Virus record (IMG/VR): IMGVR_UViG_3300048839_000424
Location: 14,216-78,215 of that record
Strand: one strand, 5' to 3'
Origin: a virus
Length of the DNA: 64,000 nucleotides
This document shows, one piece after another, positions 47,036 through 56,510 of this stretch. The notes beneath the pieces are model-generated. The model was not told where the DNA came from and ran no database searches. It saw nothing but the letters and a program-made list of their open reading frames with translations. Positions within the stretch are counted from its first letter, which is position 1; each line of letters opens with the position of its first letter. The position numbers and the translations under genes are program-made.

Positions 47036-47817
47036 CGCCCGCATTGGAGGGCCTGAAGGGGATGGATTCTTCAGTAGGGCTCGTAGTTACGGACCCACCT
47101 TACAACACGTTGGAAAAGTGGCGTGCTGTAGGGACGACGACCAGGCTTACCAAGTCGGATGCAAGTTCGAATGAATGGTTCCCTACAGTTGACTTCGACT
47201 ATTTAAAGGACGTGTTTCGAGAGTGCTACCGGGTATTGAAGCCCAATACTCACATGTACATCCTGTGCGATGAGGAGACGGCGGATCACCTAAAACCCAT
47301 CGTAGACGAGATTGGATTCAAACGGAAGAAGTCCTTGATTTGGCACAAGGTCGGTAAAAAAACCGACGTTCACTGTCCAAAATGCGGCACTTTTGTTCAC
47401 ACGACGAACAGCCCCGGTGCTCCAGGTATGGGTTATCCGTATCGATCATCGTATGAGATGATTCTCCTGTTGGAGAAGGGGAAGCGCCCTATGCCTACGG
47501 ATTTGAGCGTTCGGAATGTGTTGAGTTTCCCGTACCTGAAGGGAAAGTCGTACTACCCTACGGAGAAGCCGGTAGACATGTTGGAGGTGTTTATCACTCA
47601 GAGTTCCAATCCTGGAGATTTAGTTCTTGACCCGTTTGCTGGAAGTGGTTCGACTGGTGTAGCAGCATACAATTTGGGACGAGAATTCCTTGGGTTTGAC
47701 GTGCAGGAGAGAAGCCTGGAGTATTTTTCATCTCGGTTGGGTGAGGTGTCTCTAGTATCCGATACGGAGGATACCAAGAGTGAGCCCAGCGTCTTTGACC
47801 TGTTTGGGGATGAATGA
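47014..47817 (+). CDS. Complete beta-class N4C/N6A DNA methyltransferase with a short CPKC insertion
   Basis: VVTDPPY, YRVLKP, YPTEKP and LDPFAGSGSTG; ends SVFDLFGDE. Confidence 0.92.
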   Translation: MGHEIKLTPALEGLKGMDSSVGLVVTDPPYNTLEKWRAVGTTTRLTKSDASSNEWFPTVDFDYLKDVFRECYRVLKPNTHMYILCDEETADHLKPIVDEIGFKRKKSLIWHKVGKKTDVHCPKCGTFVHTTNSPGAPGMGYPYRSSYEMILLLEKGKRPMPTDLSVRNVLSFPYLKGKSYYPTEKPVDMLEVFITQSSNPGDLVLDPFAGSGSTGVAAYNLGREFLGFDVQERSLEYFSSRLGEVSLVSDTEDTKSEPSVFDLFGDE

Positions 47818-48353
47818 TGGATGTATATCTAAAGGGGTTAGGTCTACAACAGACGGCGGAGTCCTTAAACACTTTTTACAGGGAGGATGATCGCACCGTA
47901 GATTTGATCTTAGTGACTAAACCACGTTCCTTCCAACTGACCACCATAAATGACTTCTCTCAAGTTGAGACAGTTCACATACCCTCTATCAAAATAGGTT
48001 TCAGATTATCCCGTGGGTTTTTAGTGCCTCAAGACGACCATCAGTGGATGGTTCTTGAAGCCTTGCATGAAATGGTGGCGAATTATGGGATTTACTGTGA
48101 CCCCAGGGCGTTCTCTAAAATCGAGGTTGCAATGGATTGGGGTAGTAGTACTACCCCTGTCCTTCGGTTTTTGCCGTTGGCAAAGCATCCGGTTTGCGAC
48201 TCCTATGACTTTCACCCTGAACTAGAATGTCCGGGATGTGGGTCACAGTTTTACAACCCTGCTGATCCTGTACTATGGTTAGGTACTCCAATTGGGTACG
48301 TTCATGAGAGGTGCGTTGGGAGTATACTGAGTGATGCTACACCCGGACGTTGA
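47814..48353 (+). CDS. Hypothetical protein with C-terminal CxxC..HxxC finger
   Basis: CPGCG..VHERC. Confidence 0.55.
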   Translation: MMDVYLKGLGLQQTAESLNTFYREDDRTVDLILVTKPRSFQLTTINDFSQVETVHIPSIKIGFRLSRGFLVPQDDHQWMVLEALHEMVANYGIYCDPRAFSKIEVAMDWGSSTTPVLRFLPLAKHPVCDSYDFHPELECPGCGSQFYNPADPVLWLGTPIGYVHERCVGSILSDATPGR

Positions 48354-48801
48354 ACAGTGGATCGATGAAAATCCTCGTGAGGGATTCGCGTTTAATAACA
48401 TGCCTGACAGCTATCCTGTCAAGCAGTTGGTCATCAATTCCATCCTCAAGGGGTCAATACCCCAGATTTTGCTCCTGGAACTCAATTACTTCATGAACGC
48501 CTATGAGCACTATCGAAAGGTAGGTGTAGACTGTTCGGAGGAGCTAGAGTCCTCAAAAGGGCTACGTCGCCCCTATGACCTCAAAATTGTCGCTTGGAAC
48601 CTCTACCGGAAGAATAGTGAGAAAGTCTTCCGCGTAGATTTCACTACCCCTCACGGTTGGAGTGGGTATTTTGACACGAACAATCCTTCAGTCTTGTCCA
48701 GACTCAAACAGGACACGGTGGTAACCATCATTGGGGAGATTGAGTCCGTCGTCACTCCCTACTATGTTGTACTAGGCGGGAAAATTGGAGTATCGAAATG
48801 A
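48331..48801 (+). CDS. Hypothetical protein
   Basis: 156-aa ORF. Confidence 0.55.
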   Translation: MMLHPDVEQWIDENPREGFAFNNMPDSYPVKQLVINSILKGSIPQILLLELNYFMNAYEHYRKVGVDCSEELESSKGLRRPYDLKIVAWNLYRKNSEKVFRVDFTTPHGWSGYFDTNNPSVLSRLKQDTVVTIIGEIESVVTPYYVVLGGKIGVSK

Positions 48802-49178
48802 CGGATACACTTGAAATAGATCATGCTGAACTGAGACGGATGCTTCTTACGGTCACAAATCAGCACCCTGAACTTCTCCTGACAGCGGTTGAAGTCTCGC
48901 AAGCACTCTCTGAGTTTGAGGTGCAACTTAATCAGAACCCTTTGACAAAGACCTATGCTGAAGCACAGCAAGGTAAAGGGGCCTACTACACCGTAACCAG
49001 TCAAGGGAAGATTGAGATTCATAAAGCTGGTCGAAGAAAAAAGTCCAAGGTGGAATACGAGGATGTTCCGAAGACCGGACCTGATGAGACTCAGACGCAC
49101 CCGGATATTGAGACTCCCCCCAAGGGATTTTTTAAGACCGGAGACGCCTTGACCCAGCCCGAAGTCGTGTCTGACTAA
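48798..49178 (+). CDS. Hypothetical protein
   Basis: 126-aa ORF; GGAG RBS. Confidence 0.6.
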   Translation: MTDTLEIDHAELRRMLLTVTNQHPELLLTAVEVSQALSEFEVQLNQNPLTKTYAEAQQGKGAYYTVTSQGKIEIHKAGRRKKSKVEYEDVPKTGPDETQTHPDIETPPKGFFKTGDALTQPEVVSD

Positions 49179-49219
49179 TTACGCTATAACGCGGGTTAGT
49201 TAGAGGCGGTGGTAAAAAA

Positions 49220-49642
49220 ATGCCCTTTCCAAGATGTCAGCCGAAGCAAAAGAAGGTTCAGACGAAAGAACCTCCGATTAATTTCTGGATGACAGAAACG
49301 GGGGACAATATGTTGAAGGGTTGCTGTGGTGATGAGGAAAACCCCATCAAGCTCGGTGACTGCTTCATCGTCGATGCTTTGCAAAGAAACCCCAGGGCAA
49401 GATCGGATTTTTGTCTGCTTTACCCCACGCTCTCTGAATGTGAGAAAGAGCGGTTTGATGTCTTGATGCGGGATAATCCGCTGTTGTTCAAGATGATCAC
49501 GGATTGTCAGTCGTTGACTGACAAGTTCCAATCCGCTCTCAACAAAACGCCTATTTATACGGCGGGACCACAGGGAGGGAGAAGACTACCCATTGGATGC
49601 GCACCTCTCCCGGTCCATTTAAGAACGAAGGGGTGTTGCTAA
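49220..49642 (+). CDS. Cys-rich hypothetical protein
   Basis: 140-aa ORF. Confidence 0.6.
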   Translation: MPFPRCQPKQKKVQTKEPPINFWMTETGDNMLKGCCGDEENPIKLGDCFIVDALQRNPRARSDFCLLYPTLSECEKERFDVLMRDNPLLFKMITDCQSLTDKFQSALNKTPIYTAGPQGGRRLPIGCAPLPVHLRTKGCC

Positions 49643-49893
49643 TGAGTGAAAAATCTCCGCTACAATCGAAGAAGTTTTGGGCATATCTTGTCAGTGAGGT
49701 CGGATTTTTCATCCTCATGGGCATGTTTATTCTCCGCGCTGACTTAAATACCATCGGAGCGAACCTGGCTTTCCAGATCTTATCTGTGACGGCTGGGTTC
49801 GTTGCGATTGGGTATATTCTTGGTCAGTCGTATGTAGACCGTTACCTCAATGCGGTCAAAACCACGCTAGGAAGAGACCATGACAAAGACTAA
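49642..49893 (+). CDS. Small 2-TM membrane protein (holin-like)
   Basis: MSEKSPLQSKKFWAYL.. two hydrophobic helices ..YILGQSYVD; TAATG coupling. Confidence 0.6.
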   Translation: MSEKSPLQSKKFWAYLVSEVGFFILMGMFILRADLNTIGANLAFQILSVTAGFVAIGYILGQSYVDRYLNAVKTTLGRDHDKD

Positions 49894-50242
49894 AATAATC
49901 CTTCTCGCGCTTGTACTCGCCCTCACCTCTTGTAAGAGTGTGGTACTCCGTGATGCCTCCGTCTACTGGAACGAAATTCGGTTCTTTGAGATGGCTCTTC
50001 AGAAGAACAAAGCCCTCCTCATGGCACATTTGAGGGACGGATCGTGTTCCTGCGATGAGCAGGGCAAGTGGAGTGATGTTGTTTGTCAGGAGTCCGCTGA
50101 CACCGTAGCCGTGTTGGAGGCTCGCTTGGCCTGGCATGTGGCCCAGATGGAATACCTGGGTCGTTTCAATGCCAAGGAACCACCAGCGGAAGAACCACCA
50201 ATCCCAGATAGTTCCTACCTCTGTAATGGAGACTCCCAATGA
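49880..50242 (+). CDS. Lipoprotein (possible spanin-like lysis protein)
   Basis: MTKTKIILLALVLALTS-C lipobox. Confidence 0.6.
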   Translation: MTKTKIILLALVLALTSCKSVVLRDASVYWNEIRFFEMALQKNKALLMAHLRDGSCSCDEQGKWSDVVCQESADTVAVLEARLAWHVAQMEYLGRFNAKEPPAEEPPIPDSSYLCNGDSQ

Positions 50243-50619
50243 GTTTCAAGGACAAGTTCCTCGACCTAATCCCGAAGATTGGGGAGACAGGGGTTGACTT
50301 ACTGAGCAAGGAGTTTGAGCGTCAGTCGGATTTGGCGGATGAGCCTTGGAAGAAGTCGGTATTGAGCGTTTTCGCTGATTCTACACAGAAGCTAGGGCCT
50401 ACGGGTATTGTGTTAGCACAGACGGTCCTAGAGGATCTACTGGACAAAAAGTCTGTAGATATCAGTAAGGTGACGGACGATTTGGCGGTGGCAAGCAATC
50501 TCTTGGCGGAGATGCAAAAAGCCGAAGTGAAGAAAAAGAAGTTGATGAGAAAGTTCGTCAAGGAGTTGGCGAAGACTCTCCTCCACCTACTCAAAACAAT
50601 CGTGAAAGTGGTGATTTAA
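50239..50619 (+). CDS. Helical hypothetical protein
   Basis: 126-aa ORF; GGAG RBS. Confidence 0.6.
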   Translation: MSFKDKFLDLIPKIGETGVDLLSKEFERQSDLADEPWKKSVLSVFADSTQKLGPTGIVLAQTVLEDLLDKKSVDISKVTDDLAVASNLLAEMQKAEVKKKKLMRKFVKELAKTLLHLLKTIVKVVI

Positions 50620-50620
50620 C

Positions 50621-50872
50621 ATGTCGAATCAGAAGTATCTCCCCCATGTTCCAGGGCAGAGGAAGCTCCGTAAGTTCCCCCCAGCCCCGTCCAAGAACGT
50701 TATCCCGGCCCCCGTAGCGGTCGAGGAAAAGAAGCCGGTCGTGATTGAGCCGGATCCCGTTGTTGTTCCTGACGAGCCCTCCGTCGAGGCTCCTGTGGTG
50801 GTAGAGAAGCCCGTCAAGAGAAGCAAGAAGAAGGACAAGGAATCCAACCCAAGCCCAGATTCCGCTGAGTGA
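50621..50872 (+). CDS. Pro/Val/Lys-rich small protein
   Basis: 83-aa low-complexity ORF. Confidence 0.55.
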   Translation: MSNQKYLPHVPGQRKLRKFPPAPSKNVIPAPVAVEEKKPVVIEPDPVVVPDEPSVEAPVVVEKPVKRSKKKDKESNPSPDSAE

Positions 50873-50884
50873 TTTGGATCGTGC

Positions 50885-51328
50885 GTGAACGGTGTGACTA
50901 CCAGAATGAAGGTGGAGAAATACCACCCTGGTAAGCTCTATGGCTTCGTTCGGAACGACTCCGGCGACCAAGTGTTTTTTCACATCCGTGCGTTCGATTG
51001 GAATGGGTTTCGACTCTATCCCCCTCCCATTGTAGGAGAGACGGTTGAAGTCACCTATGAGGTAAGTCCGAGTTCGGACTCAGCACCTAAAGCCAAAAAA
51101 GTCAAGAGATTAGTGGACCCCATCCCTTTGTATGGAACTGTGGAGAGTTTCAATACGGAAAGTGGGTGGGGTTTTATTCGTGATGGTGTGGGTCGGAATC
51201 ACTATCTTCATCGAAGTGAGATGACGGACTCTAAGATTCCTCTGCCCGGTATGGCGGTAACATTCTACGAAGGCTATCGTAAGAATCGTTCCCGAGCCTG
51301 TTACATTAAGATTCAAGGAAACACATGA
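50885..51328 (+). CDS. Tandem cold-shock-domain (2x CSD) nucleic-acid-binding protein; alternative start at 50906
   Basis: RNP1/RNP2 motif pairs LYGFV..QVFFHIRAF and GWGFI..HYLHRSEM. Confidence 0.88.
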   Translation: MNGVTTRMKVEKYHPGKLYGFVRNDSGDQVFFHIRAFDWNGFRLYPPPIVGETVEVTYEVSPSSDSAPKAKKVKRLVDPIPLYGTVESFNTESGWGFIRDGVGRNHYLHRSEMTDSKIPLPGMAVTFYEGYRKNRSRACYIKIQGNT

Positions 51329-51954
51329 AAAAACTCGACAAGAATCCTCTCAAGAACCTGGAAACGAACGCCTTCGGTGGAAAGAACCCACATGGGTTGT
51401 ATGTCCCAATGACAGACATCGAAATGGAAGCCCTTGCTCGTCTCATCGAGGAAAATGCCTTCAGGGTTGAAATCAAGGATTGGGGGTATGTCGAGAACTT
51501 CAAACGAGGAGTTGGGTTTAAGCCGGAACTTTGGGATGGGAGTCCTACCATTGTATTTGGTGATAAGAGGGTGTCGTTTTACTTCCTCATGAACTTTTCG
51601 GCACCTCTTGTGCCTCAACCGAACTGGTATTTCGATATGGAGGTATGGGCGAAGGGAAAGAGACTCTTTGGTCCTCAGAGGTACCCTACGACCAATGCAG
51701 GAAACCCGATCAGCATTGTAGCAGGTATGCAGTTGGGGTTAGCTTTGGACGTAGCGATTGACCAGATTGACCCAGCTTTCATCAAGGAAGTCATGCCTGG
51801 GGTAATTGGGTTGACTACGAGACAAGGGAATATGCGCTTGGATACGGAGAAGTCGCGTCTCCTCTCTGACTTGCAAAAAAATGAGGCTGCTGTTAGGAAT
51901 GTCATCAAAAAAGACGCTATACTTGCCACTAAAAAGGCAAAGGGCGAGGCGTGA
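51325..51954 (+). CDS. Hypothetical protein
   Basis: 209-aa ORF; AAGGA RBS. Confidence 0.65.
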   Translation: MKKLDKNPLKNLETNAFGGKNPHGLYVPMTDIEMEALARLIEENAFRVEIKDWGYVENFKRGVGFKPELWDGSPTIVFGDKRVSFYFLMNFSAPLVPQPNWYFDMEVWAKGKRLFGPQRYPTTNAGNPISIVAGMQLGLALDVAIDQIDPAFIKEVMPGVIGLTTRQGNMRLDTEKSRLLSDLQKNEAAVRNVIKKDAILATKKAKGEA

Positions 51955-52112
51955 TTAAGAGACCAAAAAACATCATTGTGACAAGTCGTCCGAAAAATGA
52001 GGTTCAATCCTCATCCGGGAGACACCTCAATCAACTGAAAATCAAATCACAGATAGACAGGAATGGTTTGGCTCCGAGTATCGGGGCCATACGAATCATT
52101 CTTCGGGCTTGA
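51951..52112 (+). CDS. Small basic hypothetical protein (53 aa, not in the ORF track)
   Basis: GTGA-coupled start; MIKRPKNIIVTSRPK...IRIILRA fills the intergenic gap. Confidence 0.4.
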   Translation: MIKRPKNIIVTSRPKNEVQSSSGRHLNQLKIKSQIDRNGLAPSIGAIRIILRA

Positions 52113-52148
52113 ATAGTAAGCTGATATTAGAGAGGTAATTGAACGGCT

Positions 52149-52838
52149 ATGGCTACTTTCGACAGCAATTTTTCCGCCATTCTAGCCTTGATGGCTGGGG
52201 GGTCAGGAGCGTTAGTAGCCGTACTTACGGCTGGCAACACGACGGGCGATAACGCTATCGTCGTGAGCAATCAACCCAACGCAAGGATTCAGGGTGAAGA
52301 CTCTAACATAGCCAACGCTGGAGATTTGAATCTTCGAGGTGGTAACACTACGGCTGGGGATGGTGGGGATGTTGTGATTTCGGCGGGACTTGGTTCCGTC
52401 AATGATGGCCAAGTCATTATCAACGGAGAGGTTCAAATCAACGGGGACTTAACATCCGACTATCTCCGTTATGGGACAGGGACACCCGAGGGGGTGGTAA
52501 CCGCTGATGTAGGCACTCTCTATAGAAGGTTAGACGGGACGGTTGGAAATACCCTGTACACGAAAGTCTCTGGGGTAGGGAACACAGGATGGATTCCTGT
52601 AGGGCCACGAGTATGCCAGGACTTCATTGGGGATGGTGTTACCAGTGGGTTTGTTACCACGAGACCTTACATTATCCGGGCTTTGGATAACTTGAAGCCT
52701 ACTGTCTATTGGAATGGACAAAAACTGCGAGATGGGCTTCTCAACGATTTTGTGTTCACTCCACCAAACACGATTAATATGACTATCACACCTTTGATTG
52801 GAGACATCATCTCCATCGAATTTTTACCCGCAGACTAA
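52149..52838 (+). CDS. Short fibre/appendage virion protein
   Basis: LVAVLTAGNTTG and GTGTPEGVVTADVGTLY modules; C-terminal VYWNGQKL..DF domain. Confidence 0.6.
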   Translation: MATFDSNFSAILALMAGGSGALVAVLTAGNTTGDNAIVVSNQPNARIQGEDSNIANAGDLNLRGGNTTAGDGGDVVISAGLGSVNDGQVIINGEVQINGDLTSDYLRYGTGTPEGVVTADVGTLYRRLDGTVGNTLYTKVSGVGNTGWIPVGPRVCQDFIGDGVTSGFVTTRPYIIRALDNLKPTVYWNGQKLRDGLLNDFVFTPPNTINMTITPLIGDIISIEFLPAD

Positions 52839-52853
52839 CAGAGGAACTGAAAC

Positions 52854-55800
52854 ATGGCCGCAACTTTAATTCGTCACATTCAGATTCGTAACCAGGGGGT
52901 CTACAATGACACTATTACCCCCAACGTTACGAACTTTGAAACAAACCCAACCACCCTCCGAGACGACGTAAACAACCTCGTTTCGGCAATTAAGAATCTC
53001 AAGGGAGCATCGAACAACTGGTACGATGATTTCGACGGTTCTGCTGACAACTTGCGTCCCGTAGCCACCTTGGGTACGGACCTTGCCACTGTCGAGGACA
53101 AGCGATTCCTTTTCCGCAACCAGCTTATCAACGATGTAACTGTTGGCGCTGGTAACAACTATGTCATCCTTGGTGCCGGTGAAATCCCATCGGCTCCTTA
53201 CGATGTGGCGGCGATTGTTACCACCACGGTTGGTTCGGTAGCGGCTTTCCATGCGGGTACTTTCGGTACCCACAGCTTGGCTGAAATTGCTGGTCCGAAT
53301 GCATTGAACCCCCTCAACTTGGTCACCATCCGTGACGCAACCACTTTCGACAGCATTACTTCGGGTGGGCGTGAGGTGTTCGCTCTGTTCCAGTATGAGC
53401 AGAACGTAGACGGTGGGTCCATCACAACCACAACTCCTAACCGCGTTCAGCTTTCGTTCGTTCGTTCCAACGCTGGTGGTACGGACCTTGAGGCGGTTCC
53501 AGTGGCCGACATCGAAGGGCGCGTCATCAACTACGCGAACCCCGTCCGTGTTGCTTACTTGAACATTCCTGAGTGGGCGTTCATCACGGGACTTTTCGTT
53601 GACCAGGCAGCGGCTACAGACGTAACTCTGACCAATGCCATCGCCAACCAGAGCGGCGAGGCCCCACAAAACCAGAACATCGACGTTGCAGTTGCTTCGA
53701 CCTTCTCTTGGGATTTCCTTGCAGGTTCCGGTGGGTCGTCCATCGCCAACTTCGCCAACAATGCCGGTGTTGCTACCCTCACCCTCGGATCTGCGGGCAC
53801 AGCCGTAACCACGGTTGAGGGTACGACGTTGGATATCAACGTCACCGCACCTGTTACGATTGCAAGCAGCCTTGTGGTCGAGGACGGTGGTAACCCTGAC
53901 GTTCGTATCGCTGGCGCAGCGGGGTCGGGAACGATTGATACTGCCACGGGTGCTCTGTCGCTCGTAGGTGCCTCTGGGTTGAACGCAACGGCTACCACTG
54001 GTAACGTTGCCATCACAAGCACAGCGGCAGCAGTGACCATTGACGGAGCCGGGTTGGTAGAAATCAACTCCTCCGGTGCGGCCATCAACATCGGTAACGA
54101 TGCTGACGCTTTTGCAATCAATGTTGGTACCGGCGCGGCGGCTCGTGCAATCACGGTTGGTAACGCAACCGGAGCTACTTCGGTCAATCTGGACTCGGGT
54201 ACTGGAGGGTTCACCTTCGACTCGACAGTTGGCGGTGGCGCAGCTTTCGCTACGGTTACGACCAGCGGGGCTGATGGTGATTCAGTATCTTGGTTTGTAA
54301 GTGATCTTGATCCTTCGGCGGGTGCAGGTGTTGCCGCTCCGGTGGGTTCGATGCTTTGGAGAGACCAGGGTGGTGCAGGGACCGTAGGTCAAGTCTGGAT
54401 TAAGACGGGCTCGGCTGATACTGCATGGGAGCAGGTTCGTACCGGAACTTCGGGGGCTGATACCCTCCAGACAGCTTACGAAAATGGAAACACGATCGTA
54501 ACCGACGCCGGAAATGGTCCTTTGGACGTTTCTGGGACCGAGGCTATCAGCCTCGATGCTGGTGCAGCATCGAACTTCACCGTCACAGGTGGAAACCTTG
54601 TGTTGGAGACAGTCACCTCCGGTTCAGTTGATGTCAACTCCGCAGCAGCGGTCACGATTGACTCGACCACGGGAATGTCCCTGACTTCGGGGGGTACGGC
54701 TAGCTTCCAGTCCGCTGGAGCGATGTCCATCCTTACCCAAACCGGGTCGGGTAACCCCATCACGGTCTCCGCTGGGTCTGGTCCTACGAATACCGTAGGT
54801 GGTGCTCTGTCTCTGTCATCAGGTAACGGCAACGGCACTGGAAACGGTGGTGCGGTAACTGTCACTGCTGGGGCTGGTGGTGCAACGGGTGTTGGTGGTG
54901 ACATGACCCTTACCGCTGGTGCAGGTGGGTCTACTTCCGGAAACGGTGGTAACCTTTTACTAGTTGCGGGACTTCCCGTTGACGGCAATGGTGGTATTGC
55001 GGCCCTCGCTGGGCGTGATGGCGTAGGCACTGACCGCGATGGTGGCAGTGCAGCACTAGCTGCTGGTGATTCTACCGGATCTGGGAGTGCAGGTTCAATT
55101 AGCGGTCAAGCCGGAGATGGTACTGCAACAGGGGATGGTGGTGATGTCATCTTTGATGCCGGTGATGGTAATCGAGCAGGTAACGTCAATCTCACCGCCG
55201 GTAACGGCCTCTCTACCGCTGGTGGTAACCTCAACTTCAATGCCGGTAACGGTGCTGGAGCAGGTAACGGTGGTGGCACGGTTACCATTAACTCCGGTGG
55301 TGCAGCCGATGGTAATGGTGGTGACATCAGTCTTGTCGCTTCCGCAGCAACAGGAACGAACCGCGATGGTGGTGATGTCTTCCTGAGTTCCGGTTTGAAC
55401 ACAGGAACGGGTAACGCGGGTACGATTCAGCTTCGTACACCCGCTGGGGGTGCAGCGGTTGGACAAAGCTGGCAGGTCGCTCAGTTGAATAACCGTGGTA
55501 CGGGTACCGGAGGTGGAGAAGTCATGGGTCTGTACACTGGTACAGCGGCTCCTACACATACGGCCCCAACTGGTTCGTTGTTCCTGTTTGATAACAACTC
55601 GACTGGAGCGGTGTATGTCAACGTTTCCGCTGGTGGTTCTGGTACTACCTGGCAGGAACTTACGACTGCGGCATCTACCGCTAGCCGTTTGTTCTTCCAG
55701 GACACGGTAGCAAGTGCTGTTTCCGCTGGTAACCCTCTGACGGGAACAGACATGACTGGAGGCGTTCTGCCCACCAAGCCCGCATCGATCACCAACTCTG

Positions 55801-55961
55801 CGACATTCGCAACCTTTGCTGAAGTCTACATCAATGGTGTGCTTCAGTTCAACGGTGCTGCTAATGACGTAGACTACGCTGCGGGTACGGATATCAACCT
55901 CGTGCTCGCTTCGGTTTCGATTGGAGACGTGGTAACTATCATCTACTACAACAATATTTGA
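52854..55961 (+). CDS. Gly-rich tail/capsid fibre protein
   Basis: 1035 aa with repeated GG.(V/I).L.AG.G beta-turn units; C-terminal VYINGVLQ..DVDY domain. Confidence 0.7.
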   Translation: MAATLIRHIQIRNQGVYNDTITPNVTNFETNPTTLRDDVNNLVSAIKNLKGASNNWYDDFDGSADNLRPVATLGTDLATVEDKRFLFRNQLINDVTVGAGNNYVILGAGEIPSAPYDVAAIVTTTVGSVAAFHAGTFGTHSLAEIAGPNALNPLNLVTIRDATTFDSITSGGREVFALFQYEQNVDGGSITTTTPNRVQLSFVRSNAGGTDLEAVPVADIEGRVINYANPVRVAYLNIPEWAFITGLFVDQAAATDVTLTNAIANQSGEAPQNQNIDVAVASTFSWDFLAGSGGSSIANFANNAGVATLTLGSAGTAVTTVEGTTLDINVTAPVTIASSLVVEDGGNPDVRIAGAAGSGTIDTATGALSLVGASGLNATATTGNVAITSTAAAVTIDGAGLVEINSSGAAINIGNDADAFAINVGTGAAARAITVGNATGATSVNLDSGTGGFTFDSTVGGGAAFATVTTSGADGDSVSWFVSDLDPSAGAGVAAPVGSMLWRDQGGAGTVGQVWIKTGSADTAWEQVRTGTSGADTLQTAYENGNTIVTDAGNGPLDVSGTEAISLDAGAASNFTVTGGNLVLETVTSGSVDVNSAAAVTIDSTTGMSLTSGGTASFQSAGAMSILTQTGSGNPITVSAGSGPTNTVGGALSLSSGNGNGTGNGGAVTVTAGAGGATGVGGDMTLTAGAGGSTSGNGGNLLLVAGLPVDGNGGIAALAGRDGVGTDRDGGSAALAAGDSTGSGSAGSISGQAGDGTATGDGGDVIFDAGDGNRAGNVNLTAGNGLSTAGGNLNFNAGNGAGAGNGGGTVTINSGGAADGNGGDISLVASAATGTNRDGGDVFLSSGLNTGTGNAGTIQLRTPAGGAAVGQSWQVAQLNNRGTGTGGGEVMGLYTGTAAPTHTAPTGSLFLFDNNSTGAVYVNVSAGGSGTTWQELTTAASTASRLFFQDTVASAVSAGNPLTGTDMTGGVLPTKPASITNSATFATFAEVYINGVLQFNGAANDVDYAAGTDINLVLASVSIGDVVTIIYYNNI

Positions 55962-55978
55962 TAGTGTCTAACTAGACT

Positions 55979-56012
55979 GACTCCGGGGTATGATCTCATG
56001 CCCCGGAGTTTT
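55979..56012 (+). terminator. Intrinsic terminator
   Basis: ACTCCGGGGTATGA-tc-TCATGCCCCGGAGT hairpin followed by a T tract, after the fibre gene. Confidence 0.75.
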
Positions 56013-56022
56013 GCATTTAATC

Positions 56023-56508
56023 ATGCCAGGAACGAATATAAACCGAATCAAGGAACAACTCATGGAAACCATCGAAAATCACCAAGCAGCCAAACAATCC
56101 ACTCTCAACAACGCCGAACTCATTGAATCCCAACTCCGTCCCATTGAAGACACCTTGATCAAGTTCAAGGGAATTCACGAAGGTGTTATGATCGTGAATA
56201 ATCACCTCCAACGCTTGGAGGGCTTGGATGAACAGACGATGCGAACCGCCCTCAAAATCGTCGAACAACTCCTCGACGCCGCCAATCAACAGCTTTTAAA
56301 GCAAGAAGGGGCGCTACTAGCGTACAAAAACACGGTTGCTCTTCTAAAAAATAAAGCTCAAGAGCACGAGATGATGATTCGAGGGAAAACGGCGGTGATG
56401 GAGAAAGCTGATAAATCGTCTATCAATCCCCCAGAAGAGAAAGCCCCTGTTATTACTACTACCCCCTCGTTACCGAAGGGGGCTAAAAAGACAGGTAAAA
56501 GGAAGTAG
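56023..56508 (+). CDS. Coiled-coil protein (possible fibre assembly chaperone)
   Basis: Heptad-rich helical sequence between two fibre genes; likely start MPGTNIN at 56023. Confidence 0.55.
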   Translation: MPGTNINRIKEQLMETIENHQAAKQSTLNNAELIESQLRPIEDTLIKFKGIHEGVMIVNNHLQRLEGLDEQTMRTALKIVEQLLDAANQQLLKQEGALLAYKNTVALLKNKAQEHEMMIRGKTAVMEKADKSSINPPEEKAPVITTTPSLPKGAKKTGKRK

Positions 56509-56510
56509 AC

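Noticed and set aside
55990-56022. ORF-track start at 55990
   Set aside because: Lies within the terminator hairpin; the ATG at 56023 is more plausible.
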